From positions 1 to 34,130 of the IMG/VR virus record IMGVR_UViG_3300025021_000204: a stretch of DNA of 34,130 bases; one strand, written 5' to 3'. Within the stretch, counting starts at the first letter, position 1. Each line of letters begins with the position of its first letter. This document shows positions 33,649 to 34,130 of this stretch, in pieces. This DNA is from a virus. Its lineage: Duplodnaviria > Caudoviricetes. Below the pieces are notes generated by a model. The model searched no databases. It had not been told where the DNA came from and saw only the letters and a list, made by a program, of their open reading frames with translations. The translations under genes and the position numbers were made by a program.

Positions 33649-34130
33649 CTTCGTTCTCCGTTCAGATCAAGGGCGACGTATCGGACAAATTGGCCGCTTT
33701 GCAACAGCGCCTGAATAACCCAGCACCTTTGATGGCAGGTATATCCGCCGAGCTATTCTCCCTGACCATAAGCGCCTTTGAGCATGAGAGCGTGGTCGGA
33801 GGAGACAAGTGGAAGCCGCTGGCGCTATCAACCATTCGTCAGCGAGAAAAGAAGGGGCAGTGGCCAGGCAAGAAGCTGCAACGCTCAACCGCTGGCCTTG
33901 CCGCCAGCATCCAACCGTTTCACAACGCGCATCAAGCGGGTCTAACAGTTTCCAAACCCTACGCAGCCATCCATCAGTTTGGAGGTATGGCGGGACGTGG
34001 TGGTAAGGTGGAGATTCCTGCCCGGCCCTACTTGCCGGTGAGGATGGAAGGTGGTGGAACAGAGTTGACGCCAAAGGCGCGGTCGCTGCTTGAGGAGATG
34101 TTGGCCGATTTCGTCGAGCGTGGGTTGTGA
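33645..34130 (+). CDS. virion morphogenesis protein (Mu gpG / gp31)
   Basis: WKPLALST, YAAIHQFGG, IPARPYL; SD GGAGG before GTG 33645. Confidence 0.9.
   Translation: MTSFSVQIKGDVSDKLAALQQRLNNPAPLMAGISAELFSLTISAFEHESVVGGDKWKPLALSTIRQREKKGQWPGKKLQRSTAGLAASIQPFHNAHQAGLTVSKPYAAIHQFGGMAGRGGKVEIPARPYLPVRMEGGGTELTPKARSLLEEMLADFVERGL

Larger units (their letters stand above)
1..34130. mobile_element. Mu-like transposable prophage/phage (both ends outside window) with P2-type contractile tail
   Basis: DDE transposase + AAA ATPase + Gam + GemA + Mor, Mu-type gp27/28/29/F/G/I/T/36/37 head genes, and an FI/FII/E/T/U/X/D/V/W/J/I-type tail; each function present once. Confidence 0.96.

Noticed and set aside
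1-34130. CRISPR array, tRNA/rRNA, invertase/invertible segment, DGR template repeat or RT, mom/dam gene
   Set aside because: None recognised inside the window by eye; the repeated boxes are dispersed promoter elements, not an array

Overview
The whole window is one transposable (Mu-like) temperate phage or prophage, GC-rich and probably from a betaproteobacterial host (inference). Neither genome end is visible. The layout is divergent around a central repressor/Ner switch at about 18.9 kb. The right arm (+ strand) carries Ner-like, IclR-HTH and DUF3102 genes, DDE transposase A, ATPase B, Gam, GemA, a Mor/C activator, the lysis cassette, terminase, portal, gpF and gpG. The left arm (- strand) carries the repressor with two exported cargo genes, then protease/scaffold, capsid, gp36/37 and a P2-type contractile tail. 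The tail ends in a gene the ORF track missed (972 to <1): an Mtd-like C-type-lectin receptor-binding protein, cut by the window edge where a diversity-generating retroelement (DGR) variable region would begin. Other features read directly from the sequence: four copies of a 12-bp dyad placed 36-37 nt before SD-less start codons (probable activator-dependent leaderless late promoters, three with hairpins over the -10/start region), a probable +1 frameshift at ACC-UUU-CGC in the tail chaperone, an unlisted 58-aa Cys-rich first late gene, an antisense membrane-protein moron, and a candidate relocated strong gyrase site. Family assignments come from motif recognition and gene order, not database searches.
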